Source: Arenicellales bacterium
GTDB taxonomy: Bacteria > Pseudomonadota > Gammaproteobacteria > Arenicellales > JAJDZL01
DNA length: 64,000 nt
Reading direction: 5' to 3'
Assembly (NCBI GenBank): GCA_963664525.1
Contig: OY761535.1
Coordinates: 1,295,314-1,359,313 of the forward strand
Shown in pieces: positions 9,801 through 16,704 of the stretch. Every line of letters starts with the position of its first letter. The stretch's first letter is position 1. The notes under the pieces were generated by a model. That model was given only the letters and a program-made list of their open reading frames with translations. It made no database searches and had not been told where the DNA came from. A program made the position numbers and the translations under genes.

Positions 9801-11345
9801 GGAACCGTTGACAAGATCGCTTTTCTGAATCTTTTTGGAATTGATCGGGTTGCAGATTCACGAAGTGATTCCTTTGTAAAGGACATTGACACGTGGTCAA
9901 ACGGCAATGGCTGTGATGTGATTGTCAACATGCTCGGTGGGGAATTAGCAGCGGCAAACAAACAGGTTCTGGCAAATGACGGTACTTTCATTGAACTTGG
10001 AAAATATGAAGATCGAGAACAAGTCCACAATGAAATTCAACAGTTCAAACCCAACGCGAAAATTGCTACGGTCGATATCGATCGCCTATGGCTAGAAAAC
10101 CCCGATCAAATTGAAGTTCTTTTCAAAAATGCAATCAAAAAAGTATCAAGTGGTGACCTCCCTGCGCTTCCCTACCAGGTCTTTTCAACAGCCAATGCGA
10201 AAGAAGCGTTCCGACAAATGGCAGCGGCCAAACATATTGGCAAAATCGTACTTACGAGTGATAGGCGACATTCGCACGCGGAATCTCTAGACCAAGAAAC
10301 AATCATTCGAAACAACAGCACATACATCGTAACTGGTGGCACCCGTGGATTTGGACTTGCGACAGCCAATTGGTTGGCTGAACAAGGTGCGCAGCATGTT
10401 GTTGTTATCGGTCGCACACCTTCGAATTCGAATAAACTGGACAGTGTACGAATTAAAGCGTCAGCGCTCGGATGCCAAATCGTTGCGATTGCAGTGGACG
10501 TTTGTGATCTTGAACAGTTTCAATCAAAACTGGAGGCAACATGCCAAGAATTACCGCCTGTTCGCGGTGTTTTTCACTGTGCAATGGAACTTGAAGACAG
10601 CGCAGTCATTAATTTAGATCAGGAACGATTCTATACGTCAACTCGGGCGAAGGTTGTTGGCGCTTGGAACCTATACCAGTTGACAAAACACTTAAGCCTG
10701 GATTTCTTTGTGCTTTATTCGTCTGCAACTTCGGTGTTGGCACCTGCGGGACAAGCGGCATATGCGGCAGCCAACGCCATCATTGATTCTTTTGCAGCTT
10801 ATCTAAAAGAATCTGGCGTACCAGCTCTGGCAGTGAATTGGGGCGCAGTTTCAGATTATGGACGAGTTGCTGATCTTCCGATAGAATCAACGGCTGTTGG
10901 CAAACAGTTCGGTATTGATGCTCTTCCTGCTGATGAAATGCTCGCCACCTTAAATGGCTTGCTAAAGAATCGTGATATAGCGCAAGCCATTGTTGTAGGC
11001 AGCTGCAGCTCAACTGATGACGGTCACAGCGCTATGCATGGTTTTGGCAGTATACCCAAGGGCAAACAACCGATCTCAAGCGCAAAAGACAGGGCTGGGT
11101 TAAAAGTTGATTCAGATTCGGTTTTGGATTGCATTTCACGAATTTTGGATATTCCAAAAAACGAAATCAATATCGACGATTCCATTGCCAATCTGGGCAT
11201 TGACAGCCTGCTTGCAGTTGAATTGTCGCATCATCTTCGAGCTAGCTGTCAGATTGAAATCAGCGCTGCGTCGTTATTGGACAAAGTTACGACAAAAGAA
11301 GTGATCGAATTTGCCGGTTTACGCGATCCATTCAACTCGGGTTGA
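3900..11345 (+). CDS. single-module, fully reducing type I polyketide synthase (KS-AT-DH-cMT-ER-KR-ACP)
   Basis: Uninterrupted 2,481-aa ORF. Motifs:
- KS: DTACSSS (Cys177), EAHGTGT, NIGHTEAAAG.
- AT: GHSMGE, PFHS.
- DH: HQLQGKLIFP (HxxxGxxxxP), HPSLLD.
- cMT: ILEVGSGTG, ALHLT.
- ER: HCGSGGVGLA.
- KR: VTGGTRGFG, AAYAAAN.
- ACP: LGIDSLLAVEL.
The ORF ends about 45 aa after the ACP serine. Confidence 0.95.
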   Translation: MKPIQAVPIAVIGMACRFPNHAADIQSFWEVIESKTDCIGPIPSNRWDSSLLDGLNLTLETQFAKVGGFIESVFDFDSEFFGTSSTEALQIDPQQRMLLELAWRCMEDAALSPKMLERCSTGVYVGVINHDYERLVLADRSGINAYSGLGRSTSIAANRISYFFNLSGPSIAIDTACSSSLTAVDAACNALSSGSANLAFAGGANAILAPESYIEFSKAAMLSKSGRCQAFDANADGFVRAEGGGLILLKRLSDALINKDRIYATIIASSVNQDGKTAGIMAPDPAAQQAMMRDALSKCGLDRKDIGYVEAHGTGTQVGDTIEAKSLGAVYGHPNLFVGSVKSNIGHTEAAAGIAGLIKAIQAVYFGKIPPNLHFATPNPKIDFESWGIRVPTELQSWCPPHGGARIAAVNSFGFGGANAHVIVCQAPNHHLRQRQKDASDVWIPVSARNSNALDELRSSLENEISGPAVQLEYLAYSANRMPRFQFRSVMKISADSKKGSAKLLESINQANSGLDQSCTDENPIAFVFSGIGKKWDGEGSKLYAKYPVFKATVDLCDELFSPVLKIRQTFVSGDPFEADNLVKAHAIHFTLQISLYELWKSWAVQAKAVIGHSMGEVAAACSAGYITLPEAVELVIDRASRIEHFCNQGLMLAASLHPKSAREIIGAHQLNISLAAINSQNSVTVAGPGNQIQKFANVLDQANTFYRVLEVPVPFHSSIIESARTKSCTLSGAIDASLEKPTWYSSVTGTKIKQEFQETEFWWNNFLDPVKFHDAVTDAIQSGHRVFVEIGPHASLHYNLHECFDTQNVTGQSFALFSMHKDRAEDSTMKASAAALFNLGVDVDFHQFNHSGAVCQFPTTPFARQSYRKAAPRVQDHFEYPNKPCALLTNQRTSRQHLSWEIPLKVAEWPWLENHQLQGKLIFPAAGYIEAALQAASLKYQNSSIELRSLQFSNLLEVQPDNETSLTFNLQNCAFVQDFQIFSNASSTHAQTTHCHGQIEAGQQARPQLPVQEILSTLTTHLSFEQIDERFKTWNFMGDTSNWGLSDVRIDGHKRLMAKLEQKNPANSIAQAWLLHPSLLDLCFRCVVGIADPLEPVVPYEIESLKYWHDKPDSVFCYIQVLDSETGTLVIDIDIASAEGTVIASISKLHLRQFSGHKSANVANAPSLIAFKRQWKIAQTELSIGSQFDCSPTDFRVKMEEYSSNLTQSQQRWRHYEKINPALTEITVAYIGQALRQVGIKVKPGRISLGDLFLQCRISHSQSDQFNALLKLLSVCGYLEFEQSVDGLTPETGIHWLKELNAKPAVSIAKFFTMSDAAQYMAELQLISRCGKQLLPVLTGKRTGIDVLFPEGASDQLENFYYGAPTCRIYNQILSHSVELLLNSWRLARPCRILEVGSGTGALLSLLTPILRRYEIEYTFTDVSSLFVRRAKSRFGHLNFVRFGQLDLNADPNTQGYELESFDMILAADALHLTNCPKQVLEHLTKLLHPGGNLTFVELTDEPAWAPMVFGMLRDWWPRSKTHRSPYSPCLSQRRWLKLIDQIGIDRVAVLSDRPGNNAGIHSVFVARKKGQPIVANVPVETIDCDRLIFSNGGEFSCNFIEHFDSDKTLRVAAGTKYCFDNNRIVIDPNTAQHFVQLIDDLRQIKALPDEILFLWNFAATEADSHSFELALRSSSVLAIASLLKAFDYHGLTPSSLTLVSSNAHRVENQANLSNCLEAAIWGLGRTLRNEYPGLDVRLIDIDPSTDTTGKNLFQFLQSNSDLPEVCLRNSIQFVPFDTKLNRNNLTIAPPRYAALSIQRSAGLDSLSYSLKTLPGAKDTEVVIEVAVCALNFRDVMIGLDALPASSVEYGYMQRSIGIECTGTIVRVGNQVKDLAVGERVVALAKNSLASHTITNEKFVHTLIDNQSLTSYCALPTAYVTALYCLQTIIDLKATDRVLIHCGSGGVGLALINLAKKSGCEVYATAGTVDKIAFLNLFGIDRVADSRSDSFVKDIDTWSNGNGCDVIVNMLGGELAAANKQVLANDGTFIELGKYEDREQVHNEIQQFKPNAKIATVDIDRLWLENPDQIEVLFKNAIKKVSSGDLPALPYQVFSTANAKEAFRQMAAAKHIGKIVLTSDRRHSHAESLDQETIIRNNSTYIVTGGTRGFGLATANWLAEQGAQHVVVIGRTPSNSNKLDSVRIKASALGCQIVAIAVDVCDLEQFQSKLEATCQELPPVRGVFHCAMELEDSAVINLDQERFYTSTRAKVVGAWNLYQLTKHLSLDFFVLYSSATSVLAPAGQAAYAAANAIIDSFAAYLKESGVPALAVNWGAVSDYGRVADLPIESTAVGKQFGIDALPADEMLATLNGLLKNRDIAQAIVVGSCSSTDDGHSAMHGFGSIPKGKQPISSAKDRAGLKVDSDSVLDCISRILDIPKNEINIDDSIANLGIDSLLAVELSHHLRASCQIEISAASLLDKVTTKEVIEFAGLRDPFNSG
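3912..5180 (+). other. PKS ketosynthase domain (approximate bounds)
   Basis: aa ~5-427. The Cys-His-His triad motifs are all present. Confidence 0.85.
5472..6389 (+). other. PKS acyltransferase domain (approximate bounds)
   Basis: aa ~525-830. GHSMGE active-site serine. The specificity motif reads VPFHS, closer to HAFH (malonyl) than YASH (methylmalonyl). Confidence 0.8.
6567..7379 (+). other. PKS dehydratase domain (approximate bounds)
   Basis: aa ~890-1160. Contains HxxxGxxxxP at His916 and a downstream HPSLLD. Confidence 0.75.
7887..8429 (+). other. PKS C-methyltransferase domain with intact SAM motif (approximate bounds)
   Basis: aa ~1330-1510. Sequence: RILEVGSGTGALL...YTFTDVS...LDLNADP...ILAADALHLT...LLHPGGNLTFVE. 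Confidence 0.75.
9297..10259 (+). other. PKS enoylreductase domain (approximate bounds)
   Basis: aa ~1800-2120. MDR-type fold with an LIHCGSGGVGLALINLA nucleotide motif. Confidence 0.8.
10317..10859 (+). other. PKS ketoreductase domain (approximate bounds)
   Basis: aa ~2140-2320. Contains YIVTGGTRGFGLA and catalytic-region YSSATSVLAPAGQAAYAAANA. Confidence 0.8.
11112..11324 (+). other. PKS acyl carrier protein domain (approximate bounds)
   Basis: aa ~2405-2475. LGIDSLLAVEL holds the phosphopantetheine serine. Confidence 0.8.
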
Positions 11346-11403
11346 TCAAAGTTCTTGAGGTTCTTTTTGAGCCACCTCTATGTCGAACCGATCACCTTTA
11401 CCA

Positions 11404-12489
11404 TCAATTCCAAATGTCAACATCAATACCCTTTTCGATCAGGTGTTCAGCGCGATTGGAAATATAACGCTGAAAATTTGGCTCATCTCGATACGCCTCG
11501 GTGTCGACATAATCAAATAGTGATAGGGTATGAAAACGCTTAAACCAAGCCTCTGAACGAATAATCTCTTTACCGCTCCTATCGAAAAGAACGATCGTTG
11601 GTGCGAAGCTGACATCAAGACTGTCAGCCCAGTCCCGTGCTGTGGTGTCTACACCATTGATGTCGGTCAGTTGGTCGTTTGACCACATATCCAACTGAAC
11701 CGCGTCAAATTTCTCGACGTACTGGCGTACATTCGGATCAACCAACACCTTATTGTGCAGTGTCTCGCAGTTTGGGCACTGGGATTGTTCGAAAAATACG
11801 GCCAATGGGCGAGCTTCTGACTTTCTTTGCAGGTCGTAAGGCGGCGGCTGAAAAAAGGGCTGAGATATCAGTTGCTCCATACTGGGACTACTGTCTGTAT
11901 GGGCGGCTCGAACGAATTCCCGATATGACACCTTGGATTCATGTCGGTCTGCAACGAAATCAATGGCTGTTAAGAAATCCTGAGGTGGAAGATAACCATT
12001 GAGTTTAAGAATCGCCTTGCCTTTTTCGTTAAAAAAGAGCAGCGTCGGCGTAAACTGCACTTTCAAGGCAGCAGAGAAATCCTTTTCGGAATAAGATTTT
12101 CCGCCAACAGTTACAACTTCCCGATCTCCCCAAATGTTGATCGCAATCACGTCGAATTTCGACTTTACCTTTTCCAGAATATTTTTTTGACTCAAATTTC
12201 GCTCGACCAGTAAATTGCAATAGGGGCAACCATCCTGGTGAAACAACAGCATCACTCTTTTTCCTTGCTCTGCAGCTTCGGCGATGTCGTCACTGAATTC
12301 AAGAAAACTTTCCTTAAACCAGTCTGGGTATTCGGTTGGTTTCGCTCCGGAAAACGTACCTTGGACAGTGCTACTACCTGCAGTGACAGTGTCGTCCTGC
12401 TGCGCATGGACTGGAATAAATGCCAAACCTGTCAATAAAAACAGCGCAATAACTAGATCTTTTAAGGTTGATTTGATTCGCTTGTTCAT
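11404..12489 (-). CDS. periplasmic protein with two thioredoxin-like folds (CPYC and CPNC)
   Basis: 361 aa with a signal peptide (LVIALFLLTGLAFIPVHA). Two CxxC sites, HQDGCPYCN and EQSQCPNCE, each sit in a Trx-like context. Confidence 0.7.
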   Translation of the reverse strand: MNKRIKSTLKDLVIALFLLTGLAFIPVHAQQDDTVTAGSSTVQGTFSGAKPTEYPDWFKESFLEFSDDIAEAAEQGKRVMLLFHQDGCPYCNLLVERNLSQKNILEKVKSKFDVIAINIWGDREVVTVGGKSYSEKDFSAALKVQFTPTLLFFNEKGKAILKLNGYLPPQDFLTAIDFVADRHESKVSYREFVRAAHTDSSPSMEQLISQPFFQPPPYDLQRKSEARPLAVFFEQSQCPNCETLHNKVLVDPNVRQYVEKFDAVQLDMWSNDQLTDINGVDTTARDWADSLDVSFAPTIVLFDRSGKEIIRSEAWFKRFHTLSLFDYVDTEAYRDEPNFQRYISNRAEHLIEKGIDVDIWN

Positions 12490-12659
12490 AATAAAAAAAC
12501 CAATAGACTGCTATACAAAACAACGATGGATACTTACATTATGCAATTTCAATTTTTTGTCTGAAAGCAAAAGTACACAACTCTTTGACAAACTCAGCAT
12601 CTCGATGTTTGTAAATTTGATTGAATATGGTCCATTTGATTACGATATCGACTGTCAAA

Positions 12660-13214
12660 TCATTGTGCTTTTGATTGAATTTTCGCATGTCGTTTCGCCA
12701 CAGCATGCCAAATATCGCTATCCCAATAACCCCGTGCTCGCGCTGATGTATTTGGAAGAACGCAGACTTCCGTCGCTCCAATTCTCAAAGACTCTTGACG
12801 ACCAAACGCAACCGCTGCAGACTTCGCTGTCTGATGAACTTCGTGCGAGTACAAACGAAAATTGTTTTTTCCATTAAATGCTAGGATGTACGGCTGATAC
12901 GTTTGAATTTTTTCATGTAGACTTCGGGGGTTATCACCACTTCCCGACAGTTCGTGATCGCTGCCGAATTCAGTTTTGTTGATGTCCGTCAGTCCAATGC
13001 CATAGCGCGACAGCAAGTGATACTCCTCAGGTTCCAGCAACCGATCCGTCAAACCGGTTTCAGCCAAAATTTTCCAGAACATATTGCTAAAGTGTGCGTA
13101 GTAGGCCTTGCGTCTGGCAGATTCCGGACTGGGTGCTCGCCCACAAAATACGGTCGTCAATCCGGATTCGAGCACATCCGAAACAATGTAGTCTTTGTTA
13201 CAATCAACTGGCAT
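12660..13214 (-). CDS. Mug/TDG-like (UDG superfamily family-2-like) protein with variant motifs
   Basis: Aligns by eye with E. coli Mug: TVFCGRAPSPESA..YAHFSNMFWKILAETGLTDRLLEPEE..VLPNTSA versus [46 protein letters not shown]. I place the start at the Met at 13214 (MPVDCNK). The longer track ORF would overlap the upstream gene. Confidence 0.7.
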   Translation of the reverse strand: MPVDCNKDYIVSDVLESGLTTVFCGRAPSPESARRKAYYAHFSNMFWKILAETGLTDRLLEPEEYHLLSRYGIGLTDINKTEFGSDHELSGSGDNPRSLHEKIQTYQPYILAFNGKNNFRLYSHEVHQTAKSAAVAFGRQESLRIGATEVCVLPNTSARARGYWDSDIWHAVAKRHAKIQSKAQ

Positions 13215-13254
13215 CGCGTTCAAAATCAATGTATGAGAATGCTTCAGATATGTT

Positions 13255-14268
13255 TTAAGAAAGTGAAAGCCTCGTACCAATGACCAGATCTTTGGATGGC
13301 AAACTCCTGATTCCGCGAAGTCTATCTCGCTCATTCCATTTTTCGTCCACATCATCTGCAATTTGTACATCTTCGATGACATCATCTTTGAACTGCACGA
13401 CACGAAAGCCTGACTCGTCTCGCTCGTTCGGGTGAATCTTGATTAACTCGATTGCCGTCGATCCGGAAATTTTCAATCGAATCAGAGGGCACGGTGGCAT
13501 GTCTTTTTGATATTCATTGAGAAACTCTTCAGAAATCATTCGCTTTACAAGTCTGGTCGCCGCTTCGCGTTCGATGTCTTTTAGCTCTCCAAAGTACACA
13601 GAATCGCCAAAATCTCGCTGGTATTCTTCAATCAGAATTTTCGACAAGTCTGGCCACTGGTCAGAACAATGCTCTTTACGAAAAGTCGTGATTCGCTCAG
13701 ACATCGCACTACGGGCCATTGCTTTAAATGTCCCACACGGCGATTTGATAATTGATGACATCACATCATCATCGAAATCGTTGAGCACATTGCCGACGAC
13801 AACGTTTGCCTGTCCAATCATACCGCCACCAATCCCGGCGATTCGACGGCCAGACACTTCAATTTCGTTGACGTAGCGAAGTTCTGCGCAAACTCCGATA
13901 CGATTTAGCATATTGATGGGCTGGCGTAAACGTAATTTGTAGTTTTGCGCAGGAGTCGCTGGACACCGTCGTTTGTGAAAGATGCACTGATAAAACAGTT
14001 GTTGCTTGTCGAGATAGGTGACTCCGCCGCCCAGTTGTCGACGAACGATCGGGTAGCCGAGACTGGAACGAGCTTCGTGATTGAGCACGTGACGAACACT
14101 TTGGTGATAGCCAATGCAAAAGTATGGGTCGCTTGGTATACAAAGTATGATCGTATCAGGTGACGACTCATCCATGCAGGCGGCAACGGCATGATAGATG
14201 GCCTGTGAATCCAAACTTGAAGTGATGCCGAGATTCAAAATTCTCAAGCGCGCACTCTCTTGCATCAT
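13255..14268 (-). CDS. biotin/lipoate A/B protein ligase family (LplA-like) protein
   Basis: 337 aa. Contains VRRQLGGGVTYLD (compare the LplA RRxSGGGAV motif) and VSGRRIAGIGGG at the position of the LplA catalytic-lysine segment (DRKVSGSA). Confidence 0.7.
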   Translation of the reverse strand: MMQESARLRILNLGITSSLDSQAIYHAVAACMDESSPDTIILCIPSDPYFCIGYHQSVRHVLNHEARSSLGYPIVRRQLGGGVTYLDKQQLFYQCIFHKRRCPATPAQNYKLRLRQPINMLNRIGVCAELRYVNEIEVSGRRIAGIGGGMIGQANVVVGNVLNDFDDDVMSSIIKSPCGTFKAMARSAMSERITTFRKEHCSDQWPDLSKILIEEYQRDFGDSVYFGELKDIEREAATRLVKRMISEEFLNEYQKDMPPCPLIRLKISGSTAIELIKIHPNERDESGFRVVQFKDDVIEDVQIADDVDEKWNERDRLRGIRSLPSKDLVIGTRLSLS

Positions 14269-14317
14269 CGTTTACCGATTACCTTAGGCCTGAACTACCA
14301 GACATTCAGAAACCATT

Positions 14318-14366
14318 TTGAATTGGGACCAGGCGCGGTTTCTCGTCGACCTGGTCCCAAATTCAA
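14318..14366 (-). terminator. stem-loop between the SDR gene and the LplA-like gene
   Basis: TTGAATTGGGACCAGG (14318-14333) pairs with CCTGGTCCCAAATTCAA (14350-14366), with one bulged base. It starts about 4 nt after the SDR stop. Confidence 0.4.
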
Positions 14367-14369
14367 CGC

Positions 14370-15149
14370 CTAGGCCTCTTCCAGGGCTTCAACTGATTCG
14401 GGTATGGTTTGCCCGCCATCAACAACGATGGTTTGTCCAGTAATGTATGCGGCTTCGTCCGATGCGAAAAACAGTGCCGCATTGCCGATGTCTTCAACCG
14501 ACCCCAGTCGCTTCAATGGAATAGATGCAGCCATGGTCTGCAGATAGTCTCCACCTAAACCTTCAAGACCTTCAGTAACAATATTACCAGGCATCACTGC
14601 GTTGACTGTAATGCCGTATTTGGCGAACTCCATGCAAGCGGTTTTCATAAATCCCAGCTGGCCGGATTTGCTCGCACCGTAGTGAGTCCAACCTGGATAG
14701 CCGGTGATTGGTCCGGTAATCGACGAAGTAATGATGATGCGACCGGAACTGCTTTGTTTTAACTTGGGAAGGCAGCTTTTAATTGACAAAAACGTGCCTT
14801 TAAGGTTTGTCCCTAGCACTAAATCCCACTCATCGCTAGACATATTCTCAAGATGATTTTGAGGGAAAATACCAGCGTTACAACAAAGAATATCAATTCC
14901 TCCGTGATGCTGCGTTGCAGCGTCAGCCATGGCATCCAAGTCTTCTGAACTGGTTACATCAGCAGAAAACGCTGCTGCAGTGCCACCTTCATTGCAGATT
15001 TCTTCTGCAGTTGCTTCGGCATCGGTCATACCACGCGCAACGATTAAAACTCGAGCACCATGTTTCGCAAAAACTTTGGCGATCCCCTTACCGATCCCTT
15101 TACTTGACCCGGTCACTACAACGGATCTACCCTCTACTGAAGTCAGCAT
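14370..15149 (-). CDS. short-chain dehydrogenase/reductase (FabG-like); candidate amino-alcohol dehydrogenase
   Basis: 259 aa with TGSSKGIGKGIA, NAG and YGASK (YxxxK) motifs. Divergent from the aminotransferase/kinase pair. Confidence 0.85.
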   Translation of the reverse strand: MLTSVEGRSVVVTGSSKGIGKGIAKVFAKHGARVLIVARGMTDAEATAEEICNEGGTAAAFSADVTSSEDLDAMADAATQHHGGIDILCCNAGIFPQNHLENMSSDEWDLVLGTNLKGTFLSIKSCLPKLKQSSSGRIIITSSITGPITGYPGWTHYGASKSGQLGFMKTACMEFAKYGITVNAVMPGNIVTEGLEGLGGDYLQTMAASIPLKRLGSVEDIGNAALFFASDEAAYITGQTIVVDGGQTIPESVEALEEA

Positions 15150-15363
15150 GTCACTTTTACCCCCTTCGATGTATTGATGAATAAATTGTTTATGCGTGAC
15201 TAATTTACAGATTTTTGAATCAAATTTGGCAACATTTGACCGAAGAATTTTTTGTTATCAAAAATTTGCTGCCTACTGTCAAGTTTTATCTTCGATTGTT
15301 CCGTAAATTATTACTATCAAAATTGGGGTTGCTCAATCGCAGCGAGTGCGAAAGGAGGTTGAA

Positions 15364-16683
15364 ATGCAAGAAACCAAGCAGGAGTTTCTCGAACGAACAA
15401 AGCAGTATTGGAATCCTGGCAAGACCAGCGACTGGCAAGACTTCGGTGTTGATCTGGTCATTGATCGACGTGAAGGCTACTATCTGTACGACATGGACGG
15501 GCGGCGATTGATTGATGTCCATCTAAATGGTGGCACATACAACCTTGGACATCGAAATCCTGAAGTTGTCGCAGCAGTCAAGGAAGGCATGAAATATTTC
15601 GACATCGGCAATCACCACTTCCCTTCCCTGATGCGCACACATGTTGCCCAAATGTTGGCTGAATGCACGCCGGAAGGCTTGCAATACACTATTTACGCTT
15701 CCGGTGGTGGCGAGGCGATAGATATTGCCCTAAAGTGTGCCCGTCATGCAACAAAAAGACGAAAAATTATCTGTATTGACCACTGTTATCATGGACATAC
15801 CGGACTCGCCGTTCAAGTTGGTGATGAACGTTTTTCGAAGTTGTTTTTGAGCGATGCGCCTCAGCAGGAAGTGGTCAAGGTTCCTTTCAATGACTTAGAA
15901 GCAATCGAGCGTGAAATTCGTATCGGTGATGCCGCTTGCGTCATCATGGAAACCATCCCTGCCACATACGGTTTTCCAATGCCTGCGGAAGGTTACCTCA
16001 GTGCAATCAAGGCAGCTTGTGAAAAAGTCGATACGCTTTACATTGCGGATGAAGTTCAGACTGGCTTGATGCGTTGTGGTGAGATTTGGGGGATTGACAC
16101 CTATGGTGTCACACCGGATATCCTGGTTACTGGAAAAGGTCTGTCAGGTGGAATCTATCCAATTGGAGCCGTTGTCGTGAACGAACGGGCCGGTGCCTGG
16201 CTAAAGGAAGACGGCTGGGGGCACATGTCGACATTCGGCGGTGCAGAACTTGGCTGTATTGCCGCTGCTAAAGTACTGGAAATTTCAAACCGCCCTGAGG
16301 TCCGCTCTATGGTGCACTATATCGCACGTTATATGCGAAATGGACTGGAGCAACTTCGCCGAAACTATCCAGATTTCTTTGTTGCTATACGCCAGCGAGG
16401 GGTGGTCATCGGACTTGAGTTCAATCACCCGGAAGGTGCAGTTCACGTCATGAAAGCATTGTTTAAAAATGGCGTTTGGGCTATATTTTCTTCTCTTGAT
16501 CGCAAAATACTGCAGTTCAAGCCTGGAATTCTGGTGGACAAAGAATTGTGCGACGAAATTTTGAACCGACTTGACACAGCTCTGGTTCAAGCCCAGGCGT
16601 CCGCCAACAAGAGCAACGCAAACGGCACAAAGTCCTCGCAAACGAAACGAGCCGATGATGAGCCGCTTGCTGATGCTGCATAA
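15364..16683 (+). CDS. class-III aminotransferase-fold PLP enzyme (transaminase or O-phospho-amino-alcohol phospho-lyase)
   Basis: Contains DEVQTGLMRCGEIWG and the TGKGLSGG PLP-lysine segment. AGGAGG lies 5 nt upstream of the ATG at 15364. The track start at 15346 is less likely. Confidence 0.85.
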   Translation: MQETKQEFLERTKQYWNPGKTSDWQDFGVDLVIDRREGYYLYDMDGRRLIDVHLNGGTYNLGHRNPEVVAAVKEGMKYFDIGNHHFPSLMRTHVAQMLAECTPEGLQYTIYASGGGEAIDIALKCARHATKRRKIICIDHCYHGHTGLAVQVGDERFSKLFLSDAPQQEVVKVPFNDLEAIEREIRIGDAACVIMETIPATYGFPMPAEGYLSAIKAACEKVDTLYIADEVQTGLMRCGEIWGIDTYGVTPDILVTGKGLSGGIYPIGAVVVNERAGAWLKEDGWGHMSTFGGAELGCIAAAKVLEISNRPEVRSMVHYIARYMRNGLEQLRRNYPDFFVAIRQRGVVIGLEFNHPEGAVHVMKALFKNGVWAIFSSLDRKILQFKPGILVDKELCDEILNRLDTALVQAQASANKSNANGTKSSQTKRADDEPLADAA

Positions 16684-16704
16684 CCCGGTTGACGGAGAAA
16701 AAGC

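Noticed and set aside
3900-11345. PUFA synthase (Pfa), trans-AT PKS or PKS-NRPS hybrid
   Set aside because: There is a single ACP, an in-cis AT, and no tandem ACPs, CLF, FabA-type DH pairs or C/A/T domains. The domain order is that of a single fully reducing module.
15150-15363. Sigma-54 promoter (TGGCAA-N5-TTGAC-like string) and a near-palindrome (ATTTTTTG-TTAT-CAAAAAT) in the SDR/aminotransferase intergenic region
   Set aside because: The -12 element does not match TTGC(A/T). The palindrome is just A/T homopolymers in an AT-rich spacer. Neither is specific enough to report as a site.
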